From IMG/VR virus record IMGVR_UViG_3300028829_005098, positions 1 through 64,000 of that record: a stretch of 64,000 bases of DNA. One strand, written 5' to 3'. The stretch comes from a virus. A program made the translations under genes and the position numbers. The notes under the pieces were generated by a model, which saw nothing but the letters and a program-made list of their open reading frames with translations, was not told where the DNA came from and did no database searches. Within the stretch, counting starts at the first letter, position 1. Each line of letters begins with the position of its first letter. Below, in pieces: positions 35,980 through 46,025 of this stretch.

Positions 35980-37485
35980 TTACAGAGAATCTGTACCTGT
36001 AACGGAGAGTTTTCCGTAGAATTCTGGACGAACCATCTTCTTAGCATAACGAGTCATTACTCCACGACGTGGTGTGAAGTTAACTGGATCGTATACCAAA
36101 GGAGTTTGGATCAACGGAATGTACGGAGCATAAACTGCACCTGTTTCAAGGAAGTTTGTTCCACGGAATCCAACAAGAACGTCACCACTTGTCATGTATG
36201 GGTTCTTGTAGACTTGGAAACGATTGTTCAATGCACCAACCTTGGTAACACCCATTGCGAACTGAGACTGATTTCCGTCTGTGTCAGCTGCATATCCTGG
36301 GATACTTTCAAGAACGGTAGCAACTTGTGGAGAACAAACCAAGAAGTTTGCACCACCACGAAGAGTCAATTGATGAATTGTGTTACTCACCTTTTGAATC
36401 TTTGTACCGAGTTTCTGAAAGAATGTTCCCTGGGTTTCACCACCAGTAAGAGCACCGTTTGCCTCAAATGTTCCACCGTCTGTGTGTGCGTTCACGATAA
36501 GCATATCAAGAATTTCCAAATCAATTTCCATTGAAACGTACTCAGAAAGAAGAGAAGTCAATTCTGCTTCTGCGTCAATACTATGATATGCGTTAAGGTC
36601 TTGTGCCAACTCAGGTGTCCAAACTGCTTTCAACTTACGTGTCTTTGCAACGATTGGTTCACTTTTGAGTTCCAAGTTTACTTCAGGAATACCGATGTCT
36701 TTTTGAAGACCTGTATCAGCTGCGTCAGTAGAGTTACCGAGATTATCTTCAAAGTCACCACGTGTGATGTCGGTTGTTTGTGCATGATAGTCAATATTTG
36801 TATTTCCTGTTGCGTCTGCAGCGACAGAAAGATTCACGGTTACATCACCACTTGCTTCGACATTAATTCCTGTGATGCTACCAACTGAAGATTTCCATGC
36901 TCTCCAACCATCAACATCAGCATTCAATGCTTTACCTAGAGTTGTGGTAGCAGTTGTTGTTGCTTCCCCTTCTCCTGCACTTTCAACTGTCATTGCTACA
37001 GTTGCTTGTTTGTCATTGATTGAGTAACCATGACGTCCTGCTCCGTAAAGACCACCTGTTGCTTGGTCGGTTGAACCGAGTTTTGCGTCTGATGTTCCAC
37101 CGAAAAGACTCTCACTTGATCCTTGAAGTGACTGATTTGTTCCATACTTAAAGTCTAAGTAGAAAATCAATCCGGATGGAAGATTCATTGGTTGAACGGA
37201 AACGAATTCCTTTGATGCGATTTCTGCGAATACACGACGAACGAGAGGAAGTGCTACTCCACTCCATTCTTCTGATCCAGAAGATGTTCCTGTGCGTGAT
37301 GCTTCATCGATCAACTGCTTTGCTTGGTTTTCTAAAAGAATGGACATACCACTCTTTTCTGTGTCTGTTGTAATACCTTCAAGAAGTCCTGTTTTTTCCC
37401 ATTTTGTTACCAAACCACGGGTTTCTGCCATAAGACGTGCTTGAGGATTACTACTTTCTTTTAATAATTTACTGATTTCACTCAT
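35980..37485 (-). CDS. gp23: Major capsid protein (T4 gp23-like)
   Basis: LPLVRRVF, VSVQPMNLPSGLIFYL, AKTRKLKAVWTPELAQDLNAYHSIDAEAEL, YAPYIPL, FTPRRGVMTRYA. Confidence 0.97.
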   Translation of the reverse strand: MSEISKLLKESSNPQARLMAETRGLVTKWEKTGLLEGITTDTEKSGMSILLENQAKQLIDEASRTGTSSGSEEWSGVALPLVRRVFAEIASKEFVSVQPMNLPSGLIFYLDFKYGTNQSLQGSSESLFGGTSDAKLGSTDQATGGLYGAGRHGYSINDKQATVAMTVESAGEGEATTTATTTLGKALNADVDGWRAWKSSVGSITGINVEASGDVTVNLSVAADATGNTNIDYHAQTTDITRGDFEDNLGNSTDAADTGLQKDIGIPEVNLELKSEPIVAKTRKLKAVWTPELAQDLNAYHSIDAEAELTSLLSEYVSMEIDLEILDMLIVNAHTDGGTFEANGALTGGETQGTFFQKLGTKIQKVSNTIHQLTLRGGANFLVCSPQVATVLESIPGYAADTDGNQSQFAMGVTKVGALNNRFQVYKNPYMTSGDVLVGFRGTNFLETGAVYAPYIPLIQTPLVYDPVNFTPRRGVMTRYAKKMVRPEFYGKLSVTGTDSL

Positions 37486-37515
37486 TTTGAGATTTCCTCT
37501 TTTTAGATTGTTTTA

Positions 37516-38829
37516 TTATGATTTAATACCTGCAAGTTTCTTGAATCTGTTAGCCATTTCATCGCCTTCAGATAAAATTCTCTTGGAGGGTTTTGTTGAT
37601 TTTATTGCCTTGGATGCAATTCCTTCGGTCAAAGGATTCTTTTCAGTTTTTTCCTTTTTAACTGTGTGTGTGTTTTTAACAGACTCAGTACGAGAACCGA
37701 ATGATTCACCCAATGTTGCATATACTAATTTTGCTTCACGAACATTCTTTGTGAGATCAAAACTTTCTACAACTTTTATTTTTTGTTCTTCATTTAATCC
37801 AAATTTCTTAAACAACTTATTTGTATAAAGCAATTTTGCATTAAGAAGATTTACTTCATTTAACTTACCTCGCAAAAATTTATAAACCTTGCGGTATTCA
37901 TCATTTTCTTTTTGAAGCTTTTCGTTTTCAGTTTTAAGTTCAGAAATTTCTGAATCACCTTCTGCTTCTTCAATTTTGGTTTCTTCTTCAAGTTCCTTGA
38001 GGATTTCTTCAAGATTGATTTCTTCATCGTCTGATTCATCGGATTCTTCTTCTGCATCTTCTTCTTCGGATTCTTCTTCAGATTCTTCAGATTCTTCTAC
38101 AATTTCTAAATCTATTTCTTCATCAATTTCAGCAACTTTTTCGCAGTTGTCATCTTCGTTTCCAACTTCAGCACTCTGTTTCTTGGTTTCTGGTGGTAAT
38201 TCTTCATCGTCACTATCTGCGATATTTACGTGTTCGTCTCCACCTTTGCCAAGTTCACTTGAACTTGATTGTTCTTCGATTTCTTCTGCTTCTTCTTCTT
38301 CTGACTCATCGTCTTCGGAACATGATGATTCTTCAATTGTCTCTTCCTCTTCTTCAGACTCTTCGTCTGCATCTGCGGATTCTTCAATTGCTTCTTCTTC
38401 TTCTTCGTCTTCTACATCAAGTTCTTGTTCAAGTTCTTTGATGATAGATTCCAAATCAAATGAATCTTCTTCAATATCTTCCTCTTCTTCTTCGTCAGAA
38501 AGATCAAGTTCTGGTTCTTCAGATGCTACTTCTTCTTCATCGGCAACTTCTACTTCATCAGATACTTCAACTTCATCTTCTGCTGGAATTTCTTCCTCTG
38601 CTTCACCTTCGTCGTCTTCGGAGTATGAACCCTCTTCAACTTCATCAGAAACTTCTACTTCTTCTGATTCTTCGTCTTCAAGATCAAGTTCTTCTTCTTT
38701 CAACTTCTTGGTAAGCATACTCTGTAAACGTGGTGCGAAAGCTTCTTCAAGAGCAAGTCTTGCATTTGCAAGAGCTGTCTCACGAACTGCCTTAGCGTCC
38801 ACCATAGCTTCTTTAAGTAATTTACTCAT
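37516..38829 (-). CDS. Prohead core scaffolding protein (very acidic)
   Basis: Directly upstream of capsid gene; Glu/Asp-rich centre, C-terminal coiled coil LNEVNLLNAKLLY, ends RFKKLAGI. Confidence 0.8.
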   Translation of the reverse strand: MSKLLKEAMVDAKAVRETALANARLALEEAFAPRLQSMLTKKLKEEELDLEDEESEEVEVSDEVEEGSYSEDDEGEAEEEIPAEDEVEVSDEVEVADEEEVASEEPELDLSDEEEEEDIEEDSFDLESIIKELEQELDVEDEEEEEAIEESADADEESEEEEETIEESSCSEDDESEEEEAEEIEEQSSSSELGKGGDEHVNIADSDDEELPPETKKQSAEVGNEDDNCEKVAEIDEEIDLEIVEESEESEEESEEEDAEEESDESDDEEINLEEILKELEEETKIEEAEGDSEISELKTENEKLQKENDEYRKVYKFLRGKLNEVNLLNAKLLYTNKLFKKFGLNEEQKIKVVESFDLTKNVREAKLVYATLGESFGSRTESVKNTHTVKKEKTEKNPLTEGIASKAIKSTKPSKRILSEGDEMANRFKKLAGIKS

Positions 38830-38981
38830 GGTTAATTATCCTTAATATTGTGTGTTGGTAAAGTCATTTTATGGGACTTCAAATAATTAAAACCTTTATA
38901 TTGTGTTTTTAATGGGTAAAAACATTTTAAAAATAAATATATACTTATATTCGAAAATATCTAAAAATATATAAAAATATT

Positions 38982-39012
38982 AAAAAAAGGGAAGATTACT
39001 TCTTTTTTTTTT
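38982..39012 (-). terminator. Weak bidirectional terminator-like hairpin
   Basis: AAAAAAAGGGAAG-ATTA-CTTCTTTTTTT after the 200-aa gene. Confidence 0.4.
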
Positions 39013-39039
39013 GTTAATTAAGTGTTTTTGTGTGAAAAT

Positions 39040-39642
39040 TTAAAGAATTTTCTTATTTCCAAGCATTCTATTGAGTTTCTCTGCCAAAGTAATCTTTGTC
39101 CAATTCTCACGAACCTTGTAAGTTTTTCCGTCAACTTCAAATTCAGTATCACCATCTTCACGTGCTTTTTTAACAGCCGCACCAAATGCGTTACCTTCTT
39201 CTACATCGTCTTCGTCTTCGTCTTCACCAGTAAATTCTTCAGTATCTTCTACATCTTCATTTACTTCTTTCTTTTCTTTTAATTTATATTTCTTTCCACC
39301 TACTTCAAATTCCTTTTCTCCGTTCTCACGGGCTGCTTTTACAGCTGCACCAAAAGCATTTCCTTCGTCTATTTTTTCGTCTTCGTCGGAATCATCTGAT
39401 TTTCCTTGTTTTTTAAGAATTGCTTTCTTAAGTGGTTCAGGAAGTTTTTCTTGTGCCTTTGTAAGACCTTCTTCAACATCTTCCTTATCGTCGGAGTCTT
39501 CGGAATTACCTTGCTTTTTAAGAATTGCCTTCTTAAGTGGTTCAGGAAGTTTTTCTTGTGCCTTTGTAAGACCTTCTAAAAGACCCATTTCGTTTGCTAC
39601 TTCTTCTACTAATTCTTTAAGTTCTTTTCTTGTAATTTTCAT
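39040..39642 (-). CDS. Putative head-internal protein built of duplicated peptide modules
   Basis: EGLTKAQEKLPEPLKKAILKKQG x2 and EGNAFGAAVK.ARE.G..EFEV.GK.YK x2 separated by acidic spacers. Confidence 0.7.
   Translation of the reverse strand: MKITRKELKELVEEVANEMGLLEGLTKAQEKLPEPLKKAILKKQGNSEDSDDKEDVEEGLTKAQEKLPEPLKKAILKKQGKSDDSDEDEKIDEGNAFGAAVKAARENGEKEFEVGGKKYKLKEKKEVNEDVEDTEEFTGEDEDEDDVEEGNAFGAAVKKAREDGDTEFEVDGKTYKVRENWTKITLAEKLNRMLGNKKIL
39404..39577. repeat. 69-bp direct repeat (39404-39472 and 39509-39577)
   Basis: 67/69 identical; both differences are synonymous Lys codons. Confidence 0.9.
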
Positions 39643-39655
39643 AATCGGTGTTTCC

Positions 39656-40366
39656 TCATAAGAACATATTGTGTCCTGTTGAAATTCTTTTCATATTTTC
39701 AAATGCAGTTCCTGATGTAAAGGATTTCTTACCGCAGTTTGTTTGTGGTTTTATAGTTGTTTCTTCTTTTACTACATTATCAAAAAATCTTTTTGATAAT
39801 AATCGTGTTGTGTAATTTAAATCTATGTCGTTCTCAGAAAGAATACTTGCTTGTTTTACAAGATATTCAAATAATCCACTGAAAGATGTTTTATCATATA
39901 ACTTGTTTTCAACAATATTGTTAATATGCTCAAAAACCAATTCACTAAAATTCTCTTTAAAGTCCTGATCTTCATAGATATAATCTATCAATTTCTCGGA
40001 ATTATGTGCATCTACTTCTGTTAAAATATGACTTCCATCTCCACATATTCTAGAAAGTTGTTCACGGGTAGACATATTTGCTTCCATTAACTCACCATAA
40101 AAATCAGGATCTGCATGAAATTCATATGAAGTCATTTCATTTGTATAATGACCACCAAAATAAGAATCACTTTCATGTTTATATTCTAATTTGTTTTCAA
40201 TCGCAAATGTATTCGCATTTTCAATTGTACCTTCACAAACTACATCACGTGCAATACCACTAAAACTAATTGTCTTTTTTACTAACTTACCTGTAATTCT
40301 AGGTGATTCGTTTAATCTTTCAAGTAAAACTTTACGTACAAACTTTTTTAATTCATTTTTATTCAT
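39656..40366 (-). CDS. Hypothetical head-region protein (start re-called at MNKNELKK)
   Basis: GGAGA RBS, start overlaps upstream stop; N-terminal ELKKFVRKVLLERLNE helix. Confidence 0.6.
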   Translation of the reverse strand: MNKNELKKFVRKVLLERLNESPRITGKLVKKTISFSGIARDVVCEGTIENANTFAIENKLEYKHESDSYFGGHYTNEMTSYEFHADPDFYGELMEANMSTREQLSRICGDGSHILTEVDAHNSEKLIDYIYEDQDFKENFSELVFEHINNIVENKLYDKTSFSGLFEYLVKQASILSENDIDLNYTTRLLSKRFFDNVVKEETTIKPQTNCGKKSFTSGTAFENMKRISTGHNMFL

Positions 40367-40817
40367 GTGGTTCTTCTCCGTGAATTTCAAAATATCTATT
40401 TAATATGTTTCCCATATCTTCGTATAAACTCTGCATTCTTTGTGTATAAACTTGTCGTTCTTTTGCAGTTCTATAAAAATCTTTTGCAAGTGTTTTTATT
40501 TCTTTTAAATTTCTTTTTACACTTATTCCATCGAACCAATCTTCCGTTTCGTTTAAAATACAGGTAGACGCATTTTCTACTATATTACATATATCCTCGG
40601 CAACATCCATGTCTTTTGCCTCAAGTGCTATGTATCTTTGATATTTTCCAAATTTAGAAATCTTCTCAGATGCTAATTTTTTTTGTTCATGTGAAAGACC
40701 CTCATCGGAAAATCTTTCTGTTTTTGGATCATATTCATTGAGTTGTTGCTTTTCTTGTTCTTCTTTAAGAACTTCAAGAATTGTACTTTTTATTAACGAT
40801 ACGGTTTCTTTGTTCAT
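40359..40817 (-). CDS. Hypothetical head-region protein
   Basis: LIKSTILEVLKEE N-helix; DWFDGISVKRNLKE, LYEDMGNILNRYFEI. Confidence 0.6.
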   Translation of the reverse strand: MNKETVSLIKSTILEVLKEEQEKQQLNEYDPKTERFSDEGLSHEQKKLASEKISKFGKYQRYIALEAKDMDVAEDICNIVENASTCILNETEDWFDGISVKRNLKEIKTLAKDFYRTAKERQVYTQRMQSLYEDMGNILNRYFEIHGEEPHE

Positions 40818-40819
40818 TA

Positions 40820-41449
40820 TTATTCTCCAAATTCTCCAAGAATATCGTGAATGATTGATTCCACCTTACAATATTTTGTACAAACACGTCCATCTGTTAC
40901 TACTTTACTTTCATTTATATTAACCGACTCACTAAGGTTAACAGGTTCCAAGAAAGCACCACGTGTAGATGGATTGCTTACAAAATCAAATGCTACTAAT
41001 TCAAAATCATCATTTACAATTGTTTTACCTTCAGACTCACGAGTTGTTCCCATACCACGTGAACTTATACCAAGTGTAATACCTGATTTAAACAATTCTT
41101 TTAGAATATTTCCAGACGGAGTGCTAAGAACTTCCACTTCACCGACTAGGTTATTGTCTTCCCACCACATCTTAGTTACATTGTGACTTACATTTTGTAG
41201 ATTAACAACACTACTCTCTGGGTGATCTAATTCCCCAAGTGCACGTCTATCATCGATAAGTTCCTTGTATTTTGATGATTCTCTTTCAAGAAGACTGCGT
41301 GAATATACACGACCATTCTGATTCTGTTCAGATGCTTTTTGTAAAATCCCCCGCACCAATAGTCTACCAGAGTTTTTTTCTATACTTTCACTTATTTGTT
41401 CACGTGTGAACTCAAAGGGCATTGTGGATACTATTATATTCTTTGCCAT
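40820..41449 (-). CDS. gp21: Prohead core protease (T4 gp21-like)
   Basis: NQNGRVYS, ALGELDHP, NVSH, LGISSRGMG (catalytic Ser), FDFVSNPST. Confidence 0.95.
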   Translation of the reverse strand: MAKNIIVSTMPFEFTREQISESIEKNSGRLLVRGILQKASEQNQNGRVYSRSLLERESSKYKELIDDRRALGELDHPESSVVNLQNVSHNVTKMWWEDNNLVGEVEVLSTPSGNILKELFKSGITLGISSRGMGTTRESEGKTIVNDDFELVAFDFVSNPSTRGAFLEPVNLSESVNINESKVVTDGRVCTKYCKVESIIHDILGEFGE

Positions 41450-41523
41450 ATCAATAAATAAGTATATACATATCCATATTTATTTACTTTTTTTAACAAA
41501 GAATTTTATATACTATTTTATAG

Positions 41524-42393
41524 TTAAGAATTTCTTATTCTAAAAAAGGTATTAACGACTTCATATAAATCGTTAGTATTTCCTAGTAATTCACCTTTAT
41601 TATTTTTTACTAAATAAAAATTATCACTATATAAAATCTCATTTAAACGCACGTCGTTTTTGGTAATTTCAAATTTATATGTATTATTTTCAGTCAATGT
41701 ATAAGTAAAGTTACACTCGTTTTCTTGTAATAAAATTCTAAAATGATTTAAAGTATCCTCACTCAAACTTTCACTTGGAACTTTTTCTGGTAAATCATCA
41801 TGTTTTGTTTTTGCCATTTTCTTTGCGTCATCGTCACCGATATCATTAGCAAGTTTTTTAATCTTAGAATATAAATCAGCATCTATATCAGATTTTTTTA
41901 ATTCACCTGAATTATATGCGTGAACCATTCCAAATAATCTTTGTTGTGATTTAGAGACGGACTTTTCTGAGATACTTTCATTTGCTTCATCTTTCTCTTC
42001 GTCTTCATCTTCCTCTTCTTCGTCTGAGTCGGGATCGTCTGTTGGTGGTTCTTCAGTTTTTGATGCTCCATCTCTAGGACCACCCTCTCCTTTCTCACCT
42101 GCGGGGGTGGGTTTTACTTTGTCAATTTCTGAATCGTGTGTATCATGAATTTCATTTTCATCATCAATACCAAGTTCCATCATGGCAACACCTAGTTTTA
42201 CTTTCTTTAGTAATTTTACTACATCTCTCCAATAATCACCGGATAGTTTTTTTCCTTCCTCTGTTTTATGAACAGACGAAATTGACTGACTGAGTTTTTT
42301 AAGCAGGTGTTTGTATTCTTCTATATATGGATCAGCAGACTCTTTAATTTCAGAGTCTGTCGTATCGCAGGTGCCACATCCACATTCGCACAT
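41524..42393 (-). CDS. Modular hypothetical protein containing a DUF3008-like peptide
   Basis: MCECGCGTC start, acidic linker, KSVSKSQQRLFGMVHAY...AKTKHDDLPEKV module. Confidence 0.55.
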   Translation of the reverse strand: MCECGCGTCDTTDSEIKESADPYIEEYKHLLKKLSQSISSVHKTEEGKKLSGDYWRDVVKLLKKVKLGVAMMELGIDDENEIHDTHDSEIDKVKPTPAGEKGEGGPRDGASKTEEPPTDDPDSDEEEEDEDEEKDEANESISEKSVSKSQQRLFGMVHAYNSGELKKSDIDADLYSKIKKLANDIGDDDAKKMAKTKHDDLPEKVPSESLSEDTLNHFRILLQENECNFTYTLTENNTYKFEITKNDVRLNEILYSDNFYLVKNNKGELLGNTNDLYEVVNTFFRIRNS

Positions 42394-42395
42394 AA

Positions 42396-42782
42396 TTAGT
42401 TGCTCAGTTTATTACCCAAATCTGCTACACTTTTTACAATAGATACAAGATGGTCACTTATATTTTGCTTTGTTATATGTACATCGTTGTTTGTATTTTT
42501 TGCACAAGCACTTGTATTAAAATTAAAATTATAGGAATACTCGTGTGTCTTTTCATTTTTTTGAACTTTTACTGACACTTCAATATCATCAACTTTAGTT
42601 GATAACGAAATAGAATTACCCGTTGCAGTCCAATTATCACCAAACTTTTTTTGTAAAGCATTTCCCTTTCCGGCAGAAACTATTTTTTTCTGTTTGCTTT
42701 TTCTTGCTCTTGCAGCCTCCATTGCTTCTGAGATTTTAATTGAATTTCCAGATACTACATCTAATTTTACACAATCTTTCAT
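42396..42782 (-). CDS. Hypothetical protein
   Basis: 128-aa ORF tightly packed in the head cluster. Confidence 0.5.
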   Translation of the reverse strand: MKDCVKLDVVSGNSIKISEAMEAARARKSKQKKIVSAGKGNALQKKFGDNWTATGNSISLSTKVDDIEVSVKVQKNEKTHEYSYNFNFNTSACAKNTNNDVHITKQNISDHLVSIVKSVADLGNKLSN

Positions 42783-42789
42783 AATTTTT

Positions 42790-43269
42790 TTACCTTAGTT
42801 CTTTTATTTTTCTTGAGATGTTTTTTAATTTTTCATCAATCTTTAGCAAATGCTTACTTGTTGTTTTCCACATTTTACTAGTATGTACTTTTGATTCACC
42901 TTTATACCTAGACGATACATTCAAAAGTTTATCTATTTCAGATACTAATTTTCTAATTTCTCGCACTGCAACACCAACCTTTTGCTCGGGTAGTAAATCA
43001 GGATGATCACGAAATATATGATATAAACTTTTTCCTTCGTTTAATTTTATAGTATTTGATTTTTCATTTTCAGTTGTTTTATAGTCAAATACTTCTGCTC
43101 TTTTTTTCTCTCTATCTTTATGAGATTTGTTCTTTTTACTAAAAGCATGAGGTGTTGAATAACCTTGAACGTTTGCAGTTACATTTATCTCTGAAATTTC
43201 GTCTTCATCAAGACACTCTTCGAATATAGACTTTATTAAATCTTTTAACTCACTTTTCTTTATTTGCAT
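42790..43269 (-). CDS. Hypothetical head-region protein
   Basis: ELKDLIKSIFEE N-helix, ISE|INVTANVQGYSTPHAF, C-terminal coiled coil. Confidence 0.6.
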   Translation of the reverse strand: MQIKKSELKDLIKSIFEECLDEDEISEINVTANVQGYSTPHAFSKKNKSHKDREKKRAEVFDYKTTENEKSNTIKLNEGKSLYHIFRDHPDLLPEQKVGVAVREIRKLVSEIDKLLNVSSRYKGESKVHTSKMWKTTSKHLLKIDEKLKNISRKIKELR

Positions 43270-44119
43270 GACTCTTTAACTCCTTCAACAATTCATAACT
43301 CATTAGCAAGGTTGTTACTTGTGAATCTCTTACAACTTTTCCTTCAGTTGTTTTATCAAGTTGTGTTATTACTTCTTTCAACTTAATTTTTACCACATCG
43401 TCACTTACTATTTCTATGAACTTTTCGATTTCTTCTTTTATCAAAGGAACTTGTTTATTAACATATTCACGCAAACTATTTGTATTTGAAATATTATTTA
43501 TATAATTCTTTAAAAGTGTTTGTTGAGCATCGTCTAAATTACTATACTTTTTATTAAAAGAGTCTACCAACAAACGATATGTAATTAATCTTAAATCTTC
43601 GTTTTGCTTTTCATACTCATTTACCGCAACCACTTCATTTTTATCATTAGAGTGAGAAACTAAATTTTGAATTATTGTATTTTTTGACTCGTATATTTCT
43701 TTTGGATCGCAATATACCAAAGGATTGCGACTTTCAAATAACTTAAAAATACTAGCATAAGTTTTATAGTTTTTAATTTTTGCACGAAACAAATCGTTAA
43801 TTGAATAAGTTTCTTTTATATCTTTTACTAAATCATACCGTGCCTCGGCAAGTTTCTTAGCAGATAATTTTTGATGGTTTGTTTTTACAACATCAAGTAA
43901 TGACTCTGCTTTAGTTGAATCTGTTACTGATTCTTCAATCAACAACTGATATAATCTTTGTTCTTTGCCAAGACAAGTGTTTTCACAAAAATGCTTTTTT
44001 AGAAGTTTGTTTGCAGGTGTATCTTGTTTACCATCAAGTACATCAGCAGTAATCTGCCTAACCAGCAACTCGAATAATATTCCAGTATTTTTGTATTTTG
44101 TGTGTTTTAGTTTTTTCAC
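43250..44119 (-). CDS. Head-cluster protein (putative prohead core component)
   Basis: KHTKYKNTGILFELLVRQIT, FNKKYSNL..QQTLLKNYI; directly downstream of portal; tandem ATATTTAT at 44150-44163. Confidence 0.6.
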   Translation of the reverse strand: MKKLKHTKYKNTGILFELLVRQITADVLDGKQDTPANKLLKKHFCENTCLGKEQRLYQLLIEESVTDSTKAESLLDVVKTNHQKLSAKKLAEARYDLVKDIKETYSINDLFRAKIKNYKTYASIFKLFESRNPLVYCDPKEIYESKNTIIQNLVSHSNDKNEVVAVNEYEKQNEDLRLITYRLLVDSFNKKYSNLDDAQQTLLKNYINNISNTNSLREYVNKQVPLIKEEIEKFIEIVSDDVVKIKLKEVITQLDKTTEGKVVRDSQVTTLLMSYELLKELKSHANKEK

Positions 44120-44186
44120 ATCGATGCCTAAATTATCATATATATGAGTATAAATATAAATATAAAAGAGATTTTAATAAAATATT

Positions 44187-46025
44187 TTAATTTTGTTTGT
44201 TATTGGTTGTAGATTCCGTTATATGTTTCTCATCAGAATCTTTGTTTTCTTCACACAATAACTTTGACATTTCATTATCAGTTTTGCGTTTTTTTCCAAG
44301 AAAATCATCTAGTTTCTTTAAATCAGATTCTAATTTTAATGGAGAATCACCCCAATCACGACCATCAACTCTTCTTTCGTCTGCACCTAGTCTATCACGA
44401 CCCATTGGTTTTTCATCAGGATGATCGTACTTTTTATTCGCATTTTTTCGTTTCTTTTCTTCTTTTTTTCTATCTTTGATTCTTTGTTGATGCTCTTCAT
44501 CTGTTTCGTTTTCAAACTTACCAAATCCCCAACTTTCATCATCACCTAGTTCTTCACCATCTTCCTGTGAGGGATTTGCGGGATCATTTCCTTCGTTTTG
44601 AATACTTTCTAATCTAAAGAACTCTTTGGCATCATCTACAAAGTTATTTCGTATTTCATTAACTTCATCTTCAGGTAATCCAAATATTTTATCATAAACC
44701 CATTCTTTAGAGAACATTTTAGCATCTATCATATCACGTGCAGTATTTAATTTTTCGGAAAGAATTCTAACTCGTTCTTCTTCAAATATAGTAGATGGAT
44801 TTGTTAATTGTAAACTAAAATCAACCAACTTAGCATCAGTATAACCTTGTGAATATAAATGAACAACTGCGATCTTGGTTAATTCACTTATCATTATTCT
44901 TTGTAATCTTTCAATAGTTCTAGCAAATCTAATATCTTCGGCTGCGAGTGTTGCTTTACCTGTTATACTTTCATCATATCCAAGAAATGCTTTAGGAACT
45001 TTAAGTGCGGCCATCATTTTGTTTTTAACATACTCAATATCCTCAGTTCCATCGTAAGTCATTGCACCAAGATTTTCAATACGAGTACCACTATCTCCAC
45101 CACGAACAGGCATGAAGAAATCTTCAGTCATGTTTTGTAGATTGAATTTAAGATTATAGTCCCCTGTTTTTTCATCTACAAACGGAACTTTTTTCATTTT
45201 AGTCATAACTTTTTGCATAAAGTTATCAACCTCATTCGGTGGAATATTACCAATATCAATATAAAACATTCTTTTTTCAGGTGCTCGCATGATTCTGTGA
45301 ATAAGCATAGCATCTTCCATCAGTTGAAGTTGTTTCCATGTTCTGCGGGCAGGTTCTATCATACTTTTCCCATATGGAAGATAATTGGTATCACCAAGCA
45401 TTCTAAAGTGAGCAATTTCATAGTTTTCGTATTGTGCTTTAGTAGAACCTTCTTGTTTGAATACAACTAGATTAGGATTTGCAGGATCCATATCTTCTAT
45501 ACGAATCATTTCGTATGTCGAAACGGGTTTTACATTTAATACACCGTACTCTGGTTCAATTTCTAAATGTAAATAGAAATCTCCATATTTACACATATTG
45601 CGAGTCCATCCCCACAAATTAAACTCTACATTTAATATATCGTAAAATAAATTCTCTAGTATTTTTTTTACATTTGAATCTTTACTTTTAATTTGTAGTA
45701 TTTCTCCAAATTCACTTCGTGTAGTAGATTCATCGGCATAAATATCTAATGCACTTGATATAATTGGATCAGTATCCATTATTTCATAGTCACTAAATAA
45801 TTCAAGTCGTGCAGTTTGAAATCCTAAATTATTAAATCCACTTGCATAATCACTAAATAGTGTATGCATTCTGTCGTATTTATCTCTTGTTTTCTTAGAG
45901 TATTGTAAACGATCTGTATCTACTACTTTAGACTTTTTTCCACCAATATTTCTAACAACTACACCTGTTGAAAATAGTTTCTTTAAACCACTAAATAGTT
46001 TTTGTGTTCTGTTTTGTTCTGCCAT
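44187..46025 (-). CDS. gp20: Portal protein (T4 gp20-like)
   Basis: IISSALDIYADE, LMEDAMLIHRIMRAPEKRMFYIDIGNIP, EDFFMPVRGG, ALKVPKAFL, EDIRFARTIERLQ. Confidence 0.96.
   Translation of the reverse strand: MAEQNRTQKLFSGLKKLFSTGVVVRNIGGKKSKVVDTDRLQYSKKTRDKYDRMHTLFSDYASGFNNLGFQTARLELFSDYEIMDTDPIISSALDIYADESTTRSEFGEILQIKSKDSNVKKILENLFYDILNVEFNLWGWTRNMCKYGDFYLHLEIEPEYGVLNVKPVSTYEMIRIEDMDPANPNLVVFKQEGSTKAQYENYEIAHFRMLGDTNYLPYGKSMIEPARRTWKQLQLMEDAMLIHRIMRAPEKRMFYIDIGNIPPNEVDNFMQKVMTKMKKVPFVDEKTGDYNLKFNLQNMTEDFFMPVRGGDSGTRIENLGAMTYDGTEDIEYVKNKMMAALKVPKAFLGYDESITGKATLAAEDIRFARTIERLQRIMISELTKIAVVHLYSQGYTDAKLVDFSLQLTNPSTIFEEERVRILSEKLNTARDMIDAKMFSKEWVYDKIFGLPEDEVNEIRNNFVDDAKEFFRLESIQNEGNDPANPSQEDGEELGDDESWGFGKFENETDEEHQQRIKDRKKEEKKRKNANKKYDHPDEKPMGRDRLGADERRVDGRDWGDSPLKLESDLKKLDDFLGKKRKTDNEMSKLLCEENKDSDEKHITESTTNNKQN

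Noticed and set aside
37976-38845. 289-aa Ser-rich plus-strand ORF
   Set aside because: Antisense shadow of the GAA/GAT-rich scaffold gene; poly-Ser arises from reversed Glu/Asp codons
39404-39577. Direct repeats as a mini CRISPR array
   Set aside because: Only two 69-bp units, in frame within a gene, differing at synonymous sites; no cas genes in the window
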